A stretch of DNA of 63,917 nt, counting the filler, from Octopus bimaculoides (lineage: Eukaryota), in the NCBI RefSeq assembly GCF_001194135.2. It is 7 parts of 6 records of this genome, joined end to end, with 100 filler letters (N's around TTAATTAATTAA, not from the genome) between each part and the next. Parts side by side here need not be neighbours in the genome. Positions count along the whole stretch, not along the records: positions 1 to 30,301 come from NC_068988.1; 6 more parts are not named here. One strand, written 5' to 3'. The notes below the pieces were generated by a model that ran no database searches, was not told the DNA's origin, and worked only from the letters and a program-made list of their open reading frames with translations. Made by a program: the position numbers and the translations under genes. Below, in pieces: positions 13,228 to 26,388 of the stretch (position 1 is the first letter of the stretch; every line of letters starts with the position of its first letter).

Positions 13228-15386
13228 CAAGAGTTGTCACTGTTTCACAGTATCTCGGAATTCTCATTCTGCGATTTTCATATCTATCTCCAAGAAATTC
13301 CTGAGGATCCTGGAAATTATGTTCTAATTAATATTTAAACCTAACACGCCCTTTACAAATTCCATACATCCTCATACCTCATACTTCAATTTTATCGTAT
13401 GTTTCGTTTTTATTTTCAGATGAATGTAAATACATTATTAACTAGAATGTCAGATAATATTGAAGAATACTATTGTATGTGTGAGTTATAAATTTAAATA
13501 TCCTTCTCTGCGTTCCGTAAACAGTTGATCACAATGCCGCACATGGTAGTAGAGATACAAGATGGTGTCTTTAAGTCGCAAAACATTGAATATTTCTCTT
13601 TAATCACAGGTAGCTGCACTGGGCTGAATGCTTGTACCAGAGTTTAATCAATGACCATCCCTACTTTAGAGAATATGAATCCGCTACGCTATATGTCAAA
13701 GTAAATCTAATAGCTAAAATAACAACGCTTATTCTAAGTGCACATCTTGTAAGAGAATGCGCAAAGCGAGTAAGTTACTTTCCAAATGACTAGTGACATC
13801 GTTCACATTACAGAGCCGCTGCAGATAAACTATTTTCTGTAAATTCCGTACCCGGAGATGTCATATGTTATTAACTGATAGACATATTAATAGACTGATT
13901 TAATACTGTTTGGAAACTCATAATGATCAACACACGTAAATCACCAAGATTTAATTTGGGCTAGAATATATGAGATACAGACTAGGTGACAGATGGTCAA
14001 TATATACCATACTTTCTGATGGAAAGAATAAACTCAGAATAAGGGAAGAACACAATAGTAAAGTTGAAGGGGCGCTTAAATGCAAAACAAGGAATTAATT
14101 AGTGTACTAGATTAATTCATGGTCATTAATTAGGATTCATGTAATTCCATTGCACTTATTTCTTGGGAAACGCATGAAGTCTATCGCTTAGATTTCCTTT
14201 ATATGAAGAGCTTTGAATATATCTCTGAAACTAAGAGAACGTCCTTTAACAGGACGATAGTGATCATTTTCTTCGCCTGATGTTAGAAAAACATTGTAAA
14301 TCTATGGACATAAGTTTAAGGTGGGTATTTAAAATGTATATCTTAATAAATTCTTAATCCAGTAGTAATACGTTTTAGTATAAAATATTTGAATATTACT
14401 CCATTTAAATTCAGTTTCACTCTTAATCATGAACATGATATACTACATACATGTAAAAGGAAATTTCTATCAAATAATTAACATTTATTTTCACTTTAAT
14501 TTATATTAACTAAAATTTAGTAAAATTAGATAATAACTACCTTTAGCAGAAGTATTCTACTGAAAAATTTGCAAAATCTTTTATGCAGAAAATTACCCAA
14601 ATTATAGATATATCATATCACCCTTCTCTCTCTCTATCTCTCTATATATGGACACACACACACAAACACACGCATGCACATACGCACACGCACACATACA
14701 TGCACACCCATACATATGAATGCATGTATTTACATGTGCGTACATATATATAATATACACCTGTGATTGTATCTATACATTCACATATTTATAAATATGA
14801 ATGTATCTCTGTCTACAATTCTCTCTCACTGTACACACACACACACACACAAATATATATATATATATAGATGCAGGTGTGTGTATATATACATGTTTAA
14901 TTGATCTCTTTATCTATGAATTGGAAGTGTAAATGTCTACCTACAGCTCAGAGTGATTTTCGAATTTTAGGATAGGCGAAATCTATGGAAATAAATTACT
15001 TAAATTAAATTAAATAGATAAATATATTTCTGTCGCTGATACATGTGAATATATTTTAAATGGATATGAATGAGGAAAACTTTAAAGCCTTCATGTTAAT
15101 AACCATTTTTACGTTTAGATTGATCATTTTTGCATTACTTGTATAGTGATTATATATAATTAATAATGTATGTGGAATAATTGCAGAAATTAGACTGAAA
15201 TATTGTTTGAAGTATAATGCATTGCTATTTTGGTGAATAACGTTGTTTTACGAAATATATTTTGTATCTCGATCATATAATCAAATATTGCACAGATCTA
15301 CAGAATATTCAAAACGCATATTCATATTATGCATATCATATGCGACTAAAGCTATGATATTAATAATCATTACAAGCAGCACTTAC

Positions 15387-15436
15387 CTGAGACCTCTCGT
15401 TCACTCATAATGTTGGACATTATTGTTAGAGAGGAT
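15387..15436 (-). CDS. Candidate host-gene exon, possibly first coding (MSNIMSEREVS)
   Basis: Acceptor ttttcttctaaatag| and donor cag|gtaagt; one open frame. No homology recognised. Confidence 0.3.
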
Positions 15437-15885
15437 CTATTTAGAAGAAAACGATATTCACTTCATAGTAATGAACGCATCCCACCCCTGCACCTTCGCT
15501 TCAGAACCAAAAGATATTTTAAATCCCAACTCTATTGACACTCTCAAAATCTCACGTGAGGCTTACAATTTAGTATTGTTTTCACATCTGGGATGGTAAT
15601 GCAGGTAACTCCATTCAATATTACACACAGAAAAGGTGACGCAGTTAATTGGCAGAAAATCATTAATGGATAAGATTTAGCTTCTGGCCCACAAGCTTAC
15701 TGTTTCTTTTCTCCGCTTTTCCAATCGCTACTATAATGGTTTCTGGTCCTTCGTACTAGCTGGGCATATGCAACCTCTACTCATGCATTCCCAAGCCGAC
15801 CTAAGTAGCATCTCTCTTTCTTTCATTAATCCAACCCTGCTGCGTCCAGCCCTCCCAGCCCTGTACTCAATAATATGCTAAGTCT

Positions 15886-15950
15886 GTTTTACCTGTAAAT
15901 GTTTTACCTGTTTTACCTGTTTTACCTGTTTTACCTATTTTACCTGTAAA
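15886..15950. repeat. 9-bp tandem repeat (TTTTACCTG)n, about 6 copies
   Basis: Read directly from the sequence. Confidence 0.95.
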
Positions 15951-17866
15951 CGTCAGTATTCTGGAATTTACTCTTTACCCAAATCCTGCGTATGAGTATT
16001 GATTTTTAGTGCTTCAAGGAAAGCATCGGTCTCACAGGCGTCGGAGAATCTGCATAGACCAATGACACAACCCCTTTCTCTAGAACTAAGATGGATGAAT
16101 TGGTACAACCACTAGAATCGTTCATAGTTAGTAAATGAAATAATCTTTAGCAGAGTCGAAATTAGAACGTAGTAATATCTTATGCAAATATTGCAATATC
16201 ATAATAAAGACTGGTTTGGGATTTCCGATAACTGGTGAAATTCTATAAGAAATAAAAGCCAGAGACAAAGAATTCCTTCCACGACCACAAGAGGATCCCA
16301 TTAAAAATCAGTTTCATTCTATTTCCAAAAATGTCTTTGCTTGAGACAGCGGGATTTTCATCTCTCACATAATACGAATTTAGCTCATGTTCTATGGTCT
16401 TACTTGATCGATATTTTTATACCTCGGTGAAAGTGACAAGTTGTAATCATACACTAATGAAAATCATACATTGATATAACTCTGTAAAATTGCTGCAAAA
16501 TGGTTGGATCAACGCAAGGAGTTGATGCTCTCTTTTTATTAGAATGTTGATTTATTACCTCGGCTCCGTCACCTTTGTATACACTATTATTACACAATAT
16601 TTGAGGCAGCAAAATATTCTAGTCAGCATCCGTATGCTATGTTTACCGATGTCCATACATCTTAAGAAAACTGTAATAATTCACTGTAGGAAATAATTTA
16701 TATTGCAACTCACTAAATAAACCTACATGTGGTGAAGTCCGAAGTCATCTATAGCACAGTAAACATAATGAGACCTTGTTAATAGCCAGATGGAAATATT
16801 TGGATAAAGATCTGATAATTCTCTATTGTAATTAATCCTTTTATTGTGTTGTGTAAATAGCACTTGTATTAGATTGCCTTTTACCTGCAATTATATTGAC
16901 TAGCTTCAGAATGATTCAGTATATAATTAAAAAGGAATATAGCAAATTTTCATAGACATACATGCACACTCTCACTGTGTCGCTCTCTCTCTCTTACACA
17001 CACTCACACACACACGCACGCGCGTACGCATACATGTATATCTTTGTATGTATATAGTACTCTCTCACTAACTCTTCGAGACTCTCCGTATGTTATATGA
17101 TTGTGCAGCAATATGATCGCAGTCAGGTATGACTCCATTCAACAGAAGATGCAGGTCACATCAATGCATTCGAACCACGCATCTCTCACTGTCATGTTAT
17201 TAAGCATAGAAGTGGCTTATGAACAGTTTAATTATCAAAATAAGAAACATAAGCGTCTCCTTTTTACTTCCTGAATAACTGAAAATTTACTCAGCTCTCT
17301 ATTCCCACGATGATTGGTGATAAGTTAGCTGCAACTTCAACACCATACGCTGTACTAATCGGCAGTTAACATTTTCTGCAATTATACTGTTTACGTTTTA
17401 GTTAAGTATAATTCGTATAACAGAGTGGTTATAATCATTAATATTAAATAATTTCAGTAACTATAGGACTATTAAACGCATCTCTGTTGGTATTTATGTA
17501 TTTACCACAATGTGTATAATGCTCATGTGAGTTGAGATAAGACAAACTTGTCAAGCTTATACGTCAAAAACGTATTGTAGATATTTGCTATTTTGACAGT
17601 GTAGTCAGCAGAATTCACTTAATGTATTGGGTACAGCACGACCACGAACACCTGTTTCAGCGGTAGTTTTCTAGGCTTCTCTAATCCTACAAAAGAGAGA
17701 TGTCTTCATCTCATATATAAATACATATGTTTATATATNNNNNNNNNNNNNNNNNNNNNNNNNNNNNNNNNNNNNNNNNNNNNNNNNNNNNNNNNNNNNN
17801 NNNNNNNNNNNNNNNNNNNNNNNNNNNNNNNNNNNNNNNNNNNNNNNNNNNNNNNNNNNNNNNNNN

Positions 17867-17917
<51 letters not shown>

Positions 17918-19876
17918 ATTATGCATACATACATACATACATACATACTTATGCATGTATATATACATACATGTAAAAAAATTTACTGTATACTTTATTT
18001 CCAATTAAATTCCACTGACAAGTCAACAATAAACACAAGGCAAATATGAGACACTTGCCCAGCTATTGCGCAGTGTCATTATAGCATTTTACATTTGTTA
18101 GCACGTTTGCATTAGTTATAACTCAGATTTATGTTTAGCTCATAAGTCCCAGCTGCCAATATATCCCGCTAATATTCTCCATTCCAATTAAATGCTGATT
18201 CTTCAGTTATTTATCCATTATATTTATTTCTTCTTAAATATTTCATTTGTTGCTGACTGTATTTATTATTTAATACCTGTTGCTATCCGACACCTTAAAC
18301 ATTTATTTGTAGCCTCAAAGCATTATCAGCTAAGAAGAATCTATAGACGCCACAATTGTTGTAATGTCCAATATATAATAACATCATATTGCCTGCAGAA
18401 GAGAGAACAGTCTTTTGAAAATCATCTGCAGAATCACAATGTGCAATTCGCATCTCTGAGACCATATGTTATTAATTATTCAAGAGGACCTGTGTAGGAA
18501 ATATTTACCCCTAATTAATAGAATTCAATTAATCGAGATCCATCACATAGCAGAGAATTTAATAGCATAATTCAACATTGTAATTATACAAGCGAGTGTA
18601 GTTATCCAACCGTCTTGAAGAATCATAATTCGGAATTAAGAAATGGGTCGAGATAATATACATAAACTACATCAGCTTGAAAACTGATACTTAATCTGAT
18701 TATAAATATGACGTTGATGTTGATAACCAGCCGTTGTTATCTCCTATTTTGGCAAAGTAATTAAAATAATGCTATTCATTAAATAATATCGTTTACGTTT
18801 CACCATTTTACATAGACATTCCATATCTCGTTTGTCGCTAAACTCTAGTCATATGAACACAAAATAGCTTGCTGTTTAAGCTTATATTGAGCAAAAATAT
18901 ATCTATGTCGTTTCTTTTTATCCAATTTCTTTTTATATTTTTCTGTGCCATTGTATTATTCCGTCCAAACCTACCACCATTAATTTCAAAATCTTCACTT
19001 GTATACGTGCATATATATATATATATATATANNNNNNNNNNNNNNNNNNNNNNNNNNNNNNNNNNNNNNNNNNNNNNNNNNNNNNNNNNNNNNNNNNNNN
19101 NNNNNNNNNNNNNNNNNNNNNNNNNNNNNNNNNNNNNTTATATACATCTGTATCTCTTTATATATATATATATTACACACACACAAATACACACACATAT
19201 AGTGATAAATTAAATTTACAATTTTCGATATAGATGCTTTTGTATGTTACATTTACATTGATAATAAATCGGTTTGTGAGTGTCTGTAACATATCAATTG
19301 AAGATAAATATTTGAAAGTTTATAGTTTCCGTTTAAATACAATGAATGATCGGTCAGTGTACCTTTAAATGATCCGCAAAGTTGTGATGTAAATCATTCT
19401 GTACAATTTCTTAATCTGTTTACAACCATTATACAAATCGTACATTGTTTTGCTAATAAATTTTTCTCTTTAAAACCAAATTGATCGTCTTTGGTTTTAA
19501 CTGAAGTATGCTATTTTGAGTACATTCGCTTTCAACTGGGAAGTTATAAACAACATAACGTTCTTTTTTTTTTTATGAAGAGCTCACCAAGAGAGATTAT
19601 AGCGTAACGGCTGATGCACGAAATAAAATTTCATGTGATATAAGCAGTCTATTTATAAGGATCATGTCTAGACACCTGAGGCTGTTTACAAGCCGAGTAA
19701 AAAGACTTCCACTAACGCACTGGTTCACTAAACTGATTTCATTTGATATAGAAGCAAACAGAAACAAGGGAATTGCAACATTGCAATAACAAATAAACAG
19801 GCGCGATAAAAACAATGGTATATGTATATATTGAGGAAATATCTAATATAATTGAAATGTCGCAATATATTCTTAC

Positions 19877-19975
19877 CTCACATATTTATTTACTTCCCCA
19901 CTTCCTTGTCTCGTAAAATTTCAGTTCTTGTAAAAATAAAATTCTCACTTACCTGCAGAAAAAAGTAGAAAAACA
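19877..19975 (-). promoter_or_regulatory. Recursive splice site (AG|GT at 19953/19952) with a 76-nt cryptic RS-exon and downstream donor
   Basis: Minus strand TTTTTCTACTTTTTTCTGCAG|GTAAGTGAG, then after 76 nt GAG|GTAAGA (GT at 19876-19875). Confidence 0.6.
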
Positions 19976-20258
19976 TGTGTAAATATAAGTGAAAACATCG
20001 GGTATATTTAATTAAAAAGACAAAACATTGATGTCTTGAACCAAAAATCGATTATTACTAACACTATGCAGGAATAGGATTATGACTAATACTTCTTATT
20101 TGTTAGAATGTATTGTTGGTCATCGAAATATATCGATGAAACACACGCATCTCCACACAAAAAAGAACTAGTTGAAATAGGTTTGTATATTCTAAATTTA
20201 CTTTTAGTCTTTAAAAAATTGAAAGATATGTATTTACATATGAGTGTGTGCGTGCATA

Positions 20259-20328
<70 letters not shown>

Positions 20329-20939
20329 NNNNNNNNNNNNNNNNNNNNNNNNNNNNNNNNNNNNNNNNNNNNNNNNNNNNNNNNNNNNNNNNNNNNNNNN
20401 NNNNNNNNNNNNNNNNNNNNNNNNNNNNNNNNNNNNNNNNNNNNNNNNNNNNNNNNNNNNNNNNNNNNNNNNNNNNNNNNNNNNNNNNNNNNNNNNNNNN
20501 NNNNNNNNNNNNNNNNNNNNNNNNNNNNNNNNNNNNNNNNNNNNNNNNNNNNNNNNNNNNNNNNNNNNNNNNNNNNNNNNNNNNNNNNNNNNNNNNNNNN
20601 NNNNNNNNNNNNNNNNNNNNNNNNNNNNNNNNNNNNNNNNNNNNNNNNNNNNNNNNNNNNNNNNNNNNNNNNNNNNNNNNNNNNNNNNNNNNNNNNNNNN
20701 NNNNNNNNNNNNNNNNNNNNNNNNNNNNNNNNNNNNNNNNNNNNNNNNNNNNNNNNNNNNNNNNNNNNNNNNNNNNNNNNNNNNNNNNNNNNNNNNNNNN
20801 NNNNNNNNNNNNNNNNNNNNNNNNNNNNGAATGGGGTAAATAGAAATGATATAAAATTCAGCGCAACGAAATTTTAGTTTCGTCAGGATAAAGGCACTAG
20901 ATATAATAATAGTTCAAAGTTCTACTAAACACGGAACTC

Positions 20940-22770
20940 ATAGATTTGATCTTGAGAACACTGATAACAATAGTGCCCTGTTTTCAGTTGACCAGGAAGC
21001 TGTTCGCTATTTGGGATTCCAAACACAACCAGTTTCAGACAAGAAATAGCAGGGTGACAATGAATATTCACAATTAAAATAACTTAACGACAGGGAATGT
21101 CTGAAAGCATTTAGTTTCTACTAATTTCAATGACGCGGACAGAGTAGATATATTGATTTCTCTATCTAGACGATCCTGGAAAGTCATACTTAGTACTTTC
21201 GGCATTAAACGGTAGAGTGTTGGTAGAGAGTGAAAGAATTCTAAATTTAAGGCACGACACAGAGAAAATTGGACATAAAGATTGCTTCACAGTGAATCAA
21301 GTGCCAAACAGGCAGAATAGAAATCAAGTATGTACTAAAATACAGTACAAACAGGAAACACACCCATATTTTGCATGTGGATGTCTACTGAAAGAAAAAG
21401 AAAAAAGCTGCCCATTTAAAGTGGAATGTTTCCATTGTGGAAAAATTGGACACGTAAAAGCGCTCTATAAAACCAAGATGACAAAACGTTGGAACAAAGA
21501 AAAAAAGAATAAACAAGATGTTGTCGAAAGAAAATAGTTAGTGACAAAGAGGAGATTCATAAATGTAAAAATTGTAAATATAAGAATAAAAACGCAGTTA
21601 GATATTGGAAGTGATATTACCATTGTGAATGAAGAAACTTGGAAGTATATCGGTAAGCCAAAATTAAGTAAATCTACAAAAGTAGCACACTGTAAAAGAT
21701 TGTATTTTGTAGGTGAATTTGTGTGTAATGCGACATTAAGTGACAAAATGAAAACGGCAAAAGTACAGGTGTTAAAATATTCAGTTAATCTATTCGGCAG
21801 AGTGGATGGAATTGTTGAAATTGTAGTATACACCTGTAAGTGTTTTGTGCGGGAATATAGTCGGTTCATTCGAAGCTTCGAATGTGACTGAGGGATTGAA
21901 ACGAAATATAAACCATTTATTTCCAGATGTTTTTTCGGATGAACTGGGCTGCTGCACGAAAACGAAGGCAAAAAATGTAGTAAAATAAGTGCTTAAGACA
22001 AAACGTAATGTATCACTCGCGGCACTGGAAGAGGTAAATAAGAAATTTGAAAGACTTGAAAGCCTACGAATAATCAAGAAGACGGACCACTCAGATTGGG
22101 CAGCACCTACAATCTACATAAAAAAGAAAAACAAGTTAAGAGTTTGTGCAGATTTTTCAACGGGGTTAACGATTGCTTAAAGAAGGTTGGAGAGGATGTG
22201 CTCCAGCAGCAAAACTACCGACGAGGAAAAGTGAACATTGGCCAAAAGTAGATGTTCCTTAGTCGAGATTATACATTGATTTTTGCATGAGCTGCATGAG
22301 ACGATAGTGTCCGATTATAGTGTCTGATGATGAAACGTAATTTGTAACTTTTGAGTTTAAAATGTTTCGTAAAATGTTCGCTGTTGAACATGTAACTACT
22401 GCGCTATACCTTCCCAGACCTAACGGACAAGCAGAACGCTTTGTCGATACATTCAAGAGAGCCCTAATAAAGTCGAATAAGAAAGTTACAGATGAGGTAG
22501 CTCTACAACAATTCCTAGGAGTATACCGAGTGACACCAAATCCAAACACATCAGCAGGTATATCACCAGCGGGCCCGGTGTGTGCGTGGAAAATAAAATA
22601 AGTCATTGACAAATTGCTACCCGGTACGAAAGGAAAAATTGAAATGAACAGTACAGCAAGCTATTTAAAATGTTGGTTAACATGTATATAAGAACGGAAA
22701 ACACAGTTGGGAAGATGGCGTGTTAACGAAACGCATTGGAAAAATGCTATACTTGTTAAAGGTAAGAAAA
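20940..22770 (+). mobile_element. Ty3/Gypsy LTR retrotransposon remnant (K02A2.6-like), internally deleted
   Basis: Gag knuckle CFHCGKIGHVKALY; protease LDIGSDITIV; RT start IIKKTDHSDWAAPTIYIKKKNKLRVCADFSTGL; integrase YLPRPNGQAERFVDTFKRAL..FLGVYRVTPNPNT; C-terminal YKNGKHSWEDGVLTKRIGKMLY. Many stops and frameshifts; no LTR visible. Confidence 0.92.
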
Positions 22771-22823
22771 GGAGTATACAAGAGAGATATGCATATATAC
22801 ATACAATACTACATACAAACGTA

Positions 22824-22975
22824 AGGCAGCGAGCTGGCAGAAATATTAGCACGCTGGGCAGAATGTTAACATTCAGGTTCCGAGGTCGACTTTGCCTTTC
22901 ATCCTTTCGCAGTCGATAAAATAAGTACCAGTCGGGTACTGATGTCGATGGGAACAAATAACACTTTCCCCGAAC
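22824..22975 (+). mobile_element. Deu/Nin-domain tRNA-SINE
   Basis: ggcagcgagctggcagaa..ttagcacgctgggc head and core gaggtcgactttgcctttcatcctttcgcagtcgataaaataagtaccag. Confidence 0.85.
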
Positions 22976-23019
22976 ATTATATATATATATATATATATNN
23001 NNNNNNNNATATGGGAGAA

Positions 23020-23161
23020 TGTACGAAAAAACAACAACAGACGAGGACAGGTGGTGTAAATAACAAAAGGATGTATTAGTATGACGCTCAGGAATACGGA
23101 AAGTCTTTGACGTTTCGAGCTACGCTCTTCAACAGAAAGAATACGGAGACAAGGAGAAAAA

Positions 23162-23165
<4 letters not shown>
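23020..23165 (-). mobile_element. PLE-type pseudo-LTR or non-autonomous fragment next to (GA)n
   Basis: Contains a hammerhead fold and abuts a microsatellite, as PLE termini typically do. Confidence 0.55.
23104..23140 (-). ncRNA. Minimal type I hammerhead ribozyme with variant core
   Basis: Minus strand: tcttt-CTGTTGA-A-GAGC-gta-GCTC-GAAA-CGTC/aaaga. Stems I and II pair perfectly, stem III is the palindrome ACGU, and the cleavage triplet is GUC. The only deviation is U at conserved core position A6. Confidence 0.75.
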
Positions 23166-23219
<54 letters not shown>

Positions 23220-23986
23220 TAGATGAGTAGATAGATAGACATTGGTTGAGTAAGGTATACCAAAAGAATACAATCCTTAGGCATTTATTTCCGCATGTAC
23301 TTTTCAATTGAAATTGTTGCAACCATTCTCTAATTGACATATATATGCAGGTTTACATGCTCAGTCGTACATTCATGCTTGCATGCAACCCTTCCATACA
23401 TATTTGTATGCAGGTACCTGCACGCATGAGTGGATTTACGCCCTAGATATATAAACAGAAATATATGTAAAATTATATTGATATAATCAAATCGACTTGG
23501 TCAATAATAAAACATTTTAGACAGACACCATTACCCCACCACAATAATTGCTACACTACTAACGTTTTAACTTCTGCACCAGCGCAACCACAGTTTACCA
23601 CCATCACTACTGTTACAGTTAAGAGTTAAAACTACAACATTGACAACAACAACTAAATATTGCATTTGTAATGTAAGAACAGATTTGTTTCGGAAATTTA
23701 TTTTCTTTGATAATCATTCCCAGATCGATAATTATGTACAAGCATTAACATTTGAACAGATTATTATTGTTGTTGCTGCTGTTTTCAGTATTCCCTTTTT
23801 TGCTTTTGTTCCTGCTGTAGCTGTTGCTACTAATTTTTATCCTTTATCATTTTAAAATTTTAATAATAATAGTAAACATAACAACATCAACAATAACAAT
23901 ATTTTTTTCCAAAAAATTTGGAAGAATTATTATTTATATTCCTCCTCCTGAACATCATAATTATCATCCTCCCCCTCCTCCTCCTC

Positions 23987-23989
<3 letters not shown>

Positions 23990-24081
<92 letters not shown>

Positions 24082-24469
24082 CATCATTATTATTATTATA
24101 GTTATGGAAAAATCTAGCCCTTAGCCAAATAGAATTAGAATAGTGTTTTTAAAGTGTCCGTTATTAATTGGATGTGATAATCAAACGTTTATCATTATTT
24201 TTTTTTGCTTTTCGAAATAAAAAAAAATATAAAATATAAATATCAATGGCGTTAAGATTCTGCGGAGTAAAACGAACTACTTCGGAACGCTTATGAATTT
24301 ATTTTTTTGCATTTTCTAATCTCAATTGTAAAATACAGAATTTCATCATTGCCACACATTATAAGGGAATATGTAGTACAAAGAAGTTCCATTACTTCTC
24401 TACATCCATAACAATCAAATTACCATGATAAATAATTGTTGTTGCTAGTACTACCACCACAAGTAATAT

Positions 24470-24534
<65 letters not shown>

Positions 24535-24540
24535 TAATAA
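23990..24540. repeat. (TTA)n tract (23990-24100) and (TAA)n tract (24472-24540)
   Basis: Read directly. These explain the poly-Y, poly-I and poly-L ORFs. Confidence 0.97.
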
Positions 24541-25434
24541 TGCCGTTGATGCTCTTACTGGCCATTGGGCATATAATGCTGTTTTTAAAATGTTCAAAAG
24601 CTATAATGAGATGAATTCAAGCAATGGTGTTCAGTTACGATTTTGCTCAGAAAGACAATTGAAAGTTAATGGGATTCATCATTAAAATACAAACGCATAA
24701 CTGTTGGAGCAGAAATAAATTATTCGCCCCGGAAGACAAACAGGCACATTTGTGATGTAAACCATACCAGGAGGCTTCTAGAAAGTAATGAAATTTTTTT
24801 CACGTGGCGTGCTTTACTTTAGATGCGGCTTGAGCAGAAATTTTAGGTGTAGGCAGATAAAAGATCATGAGGAAGACCTTCTGCACTTTCTCACAAAAGG
24901 AATTATCACAGTTAAGAGTGGAAGGTACAGTTGGACACACTCTCCTATCGATGTTACATCCAGGTTGGTAATGACTCGAATGTAGAAAGAAATATATAAA
25001 GAGAAAGGGAAGAAAGGTATACAAAGATGGAAACAGAAGTAGTGGAATCGGTGTAAATGTTGAAAGAGAAAAGACAAGAGAGAGAGGATGCGAGAGAAAT
25101 TGAAGAAGGTCTATACTATTCTGCATTTGTGTGTTCAAGTCTCAGAAACAATGTCACAAAGATCTATAAATTTATGCATTAAAAAATATATCGAGAGAGA
25201 CATTAAAGCAACGTGACAAAACCTTTGCAAATAAATGTGGCTGTTACACTTTTATCTTTAAATGGCAGCATTTCAAAAAGTAAATTTTCGAGATTCCCTG
25301 CATGTGTACAATGTATTAACAGTCTCTATGCTGCCTTAGACCGTGGAATTTTCCAAAGGTCCCAAACGTTTTCCTTTTCTTCCTCCTCCTCTTCCTCCTC
25401 ATCATCATCCTTTTATCACGAAAAATAGCTACCA

Positions 25435-25700
25435 ACTGAAGGTTGGGGTCGATGTCATCGAATTACTACCTTCCCGCAAACATTCTGGCCTTGTGCCAAA
25501 ATATTAAATCGCCCTTATTAAGGCGGCGAGCTGGCAGAATCGTTAGCATGCTAAGTTCTGAGTTCAGGTACCACCGAGGTCGATTTCACCTTTCATTCTT
25601 TCAGGGTCGATAAAATTTGTACCATTTACGCACTAGTTTCGATGTAATCGGTTTAATCCTTTCCCCCAAATATCCGACCTTGTGCTTCCAGTAGAAATAA
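25435..25700 (+). mobile_element. Tandem Deu/Nin-SINEs (3' fragment plus near-full copy from 25521)
   Basis: Same head and core (gaggtcgatttcacctttcattctttcagggtcgataaa) and ggccttgtgc tail. Confidence 0.85.
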
Positions 25701-25704
25701 TAAT

Positions 25705-26340
25705 TATTATTATTGAGTGAGAGAGCAGTGCAAGCCATCAAAGTGACATGGGGTAAAATATACGAAGCCCATTATATAAATCATGACTACCCATATGATA
25801 AGGGTACACCAGGCACATGCATCATAACCATATGTGCGCGAGTTGGTGATCTCATATCAAAATAAACAGCGCATGACCTAGCAGGTGGGGCCCAGTTAGA
25901 ATTTTTTTCAGGTCGAGTAGCCCATCCCGCTCAAAAGTTCCCTGAATAAGGTTTGTTTAAGGATGTTGAGCAAAACACCCATGTTTCCAAAGGTGAATTA
26001 TTCAAACCCCAAAGAATTACTCTCAACACATGGCTATGATGCTCCCCTACTACTTCTGTTCATGATCAGAAATGCACATATCGGCAGTCACCAAGGGACA
26101 TGCTCAACTGGTTAAGGTCAAACAACTAACAAGCAAATATGTGGTATTAAGCAGAATATTTGCTGTAGCCCATCATTTTATACCAAGACAAAAGAATGTA
26201 CATGATAACACTTCCAATCAGTTAAGCTCAGAAACCATGAGTATTATTATTATTATTATTGTTCAGTAGTTTTATTTTAATAACGTGCTTTCACTTCACT
26301 ACCGAGCGCAGCTCTGTGTGCCTTGGATATGTGCTATTAT
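25705..26340 (-). mobile_element. Two (AAT)n-tailed retroposon 3' fragments (possibly R4/Dong-related) stacked in a (TTA)n tract
   Basis: Minus strand ends ...gcactgctctctcactc(aat)n and ...gtgaagtgaaagcacgttattaaaataaaactactgaac(aat)n, each flanked by TTA repeats. The family assignment is inference. Confidence 0.45.
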
Positions 26341-26388
26341 TATTATTATTACTATTTTTTTTTCTTTCGCTATTGCTTCATAATTTTA

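Noticed and set aside
14090-14150. Clusters of TAAT/TAATTA homeodomain sites as enhancers (also about 41270-41345)
   Set aside because: These are expected by chance at this AT content and cannot be supported without conservation or chromatin data.
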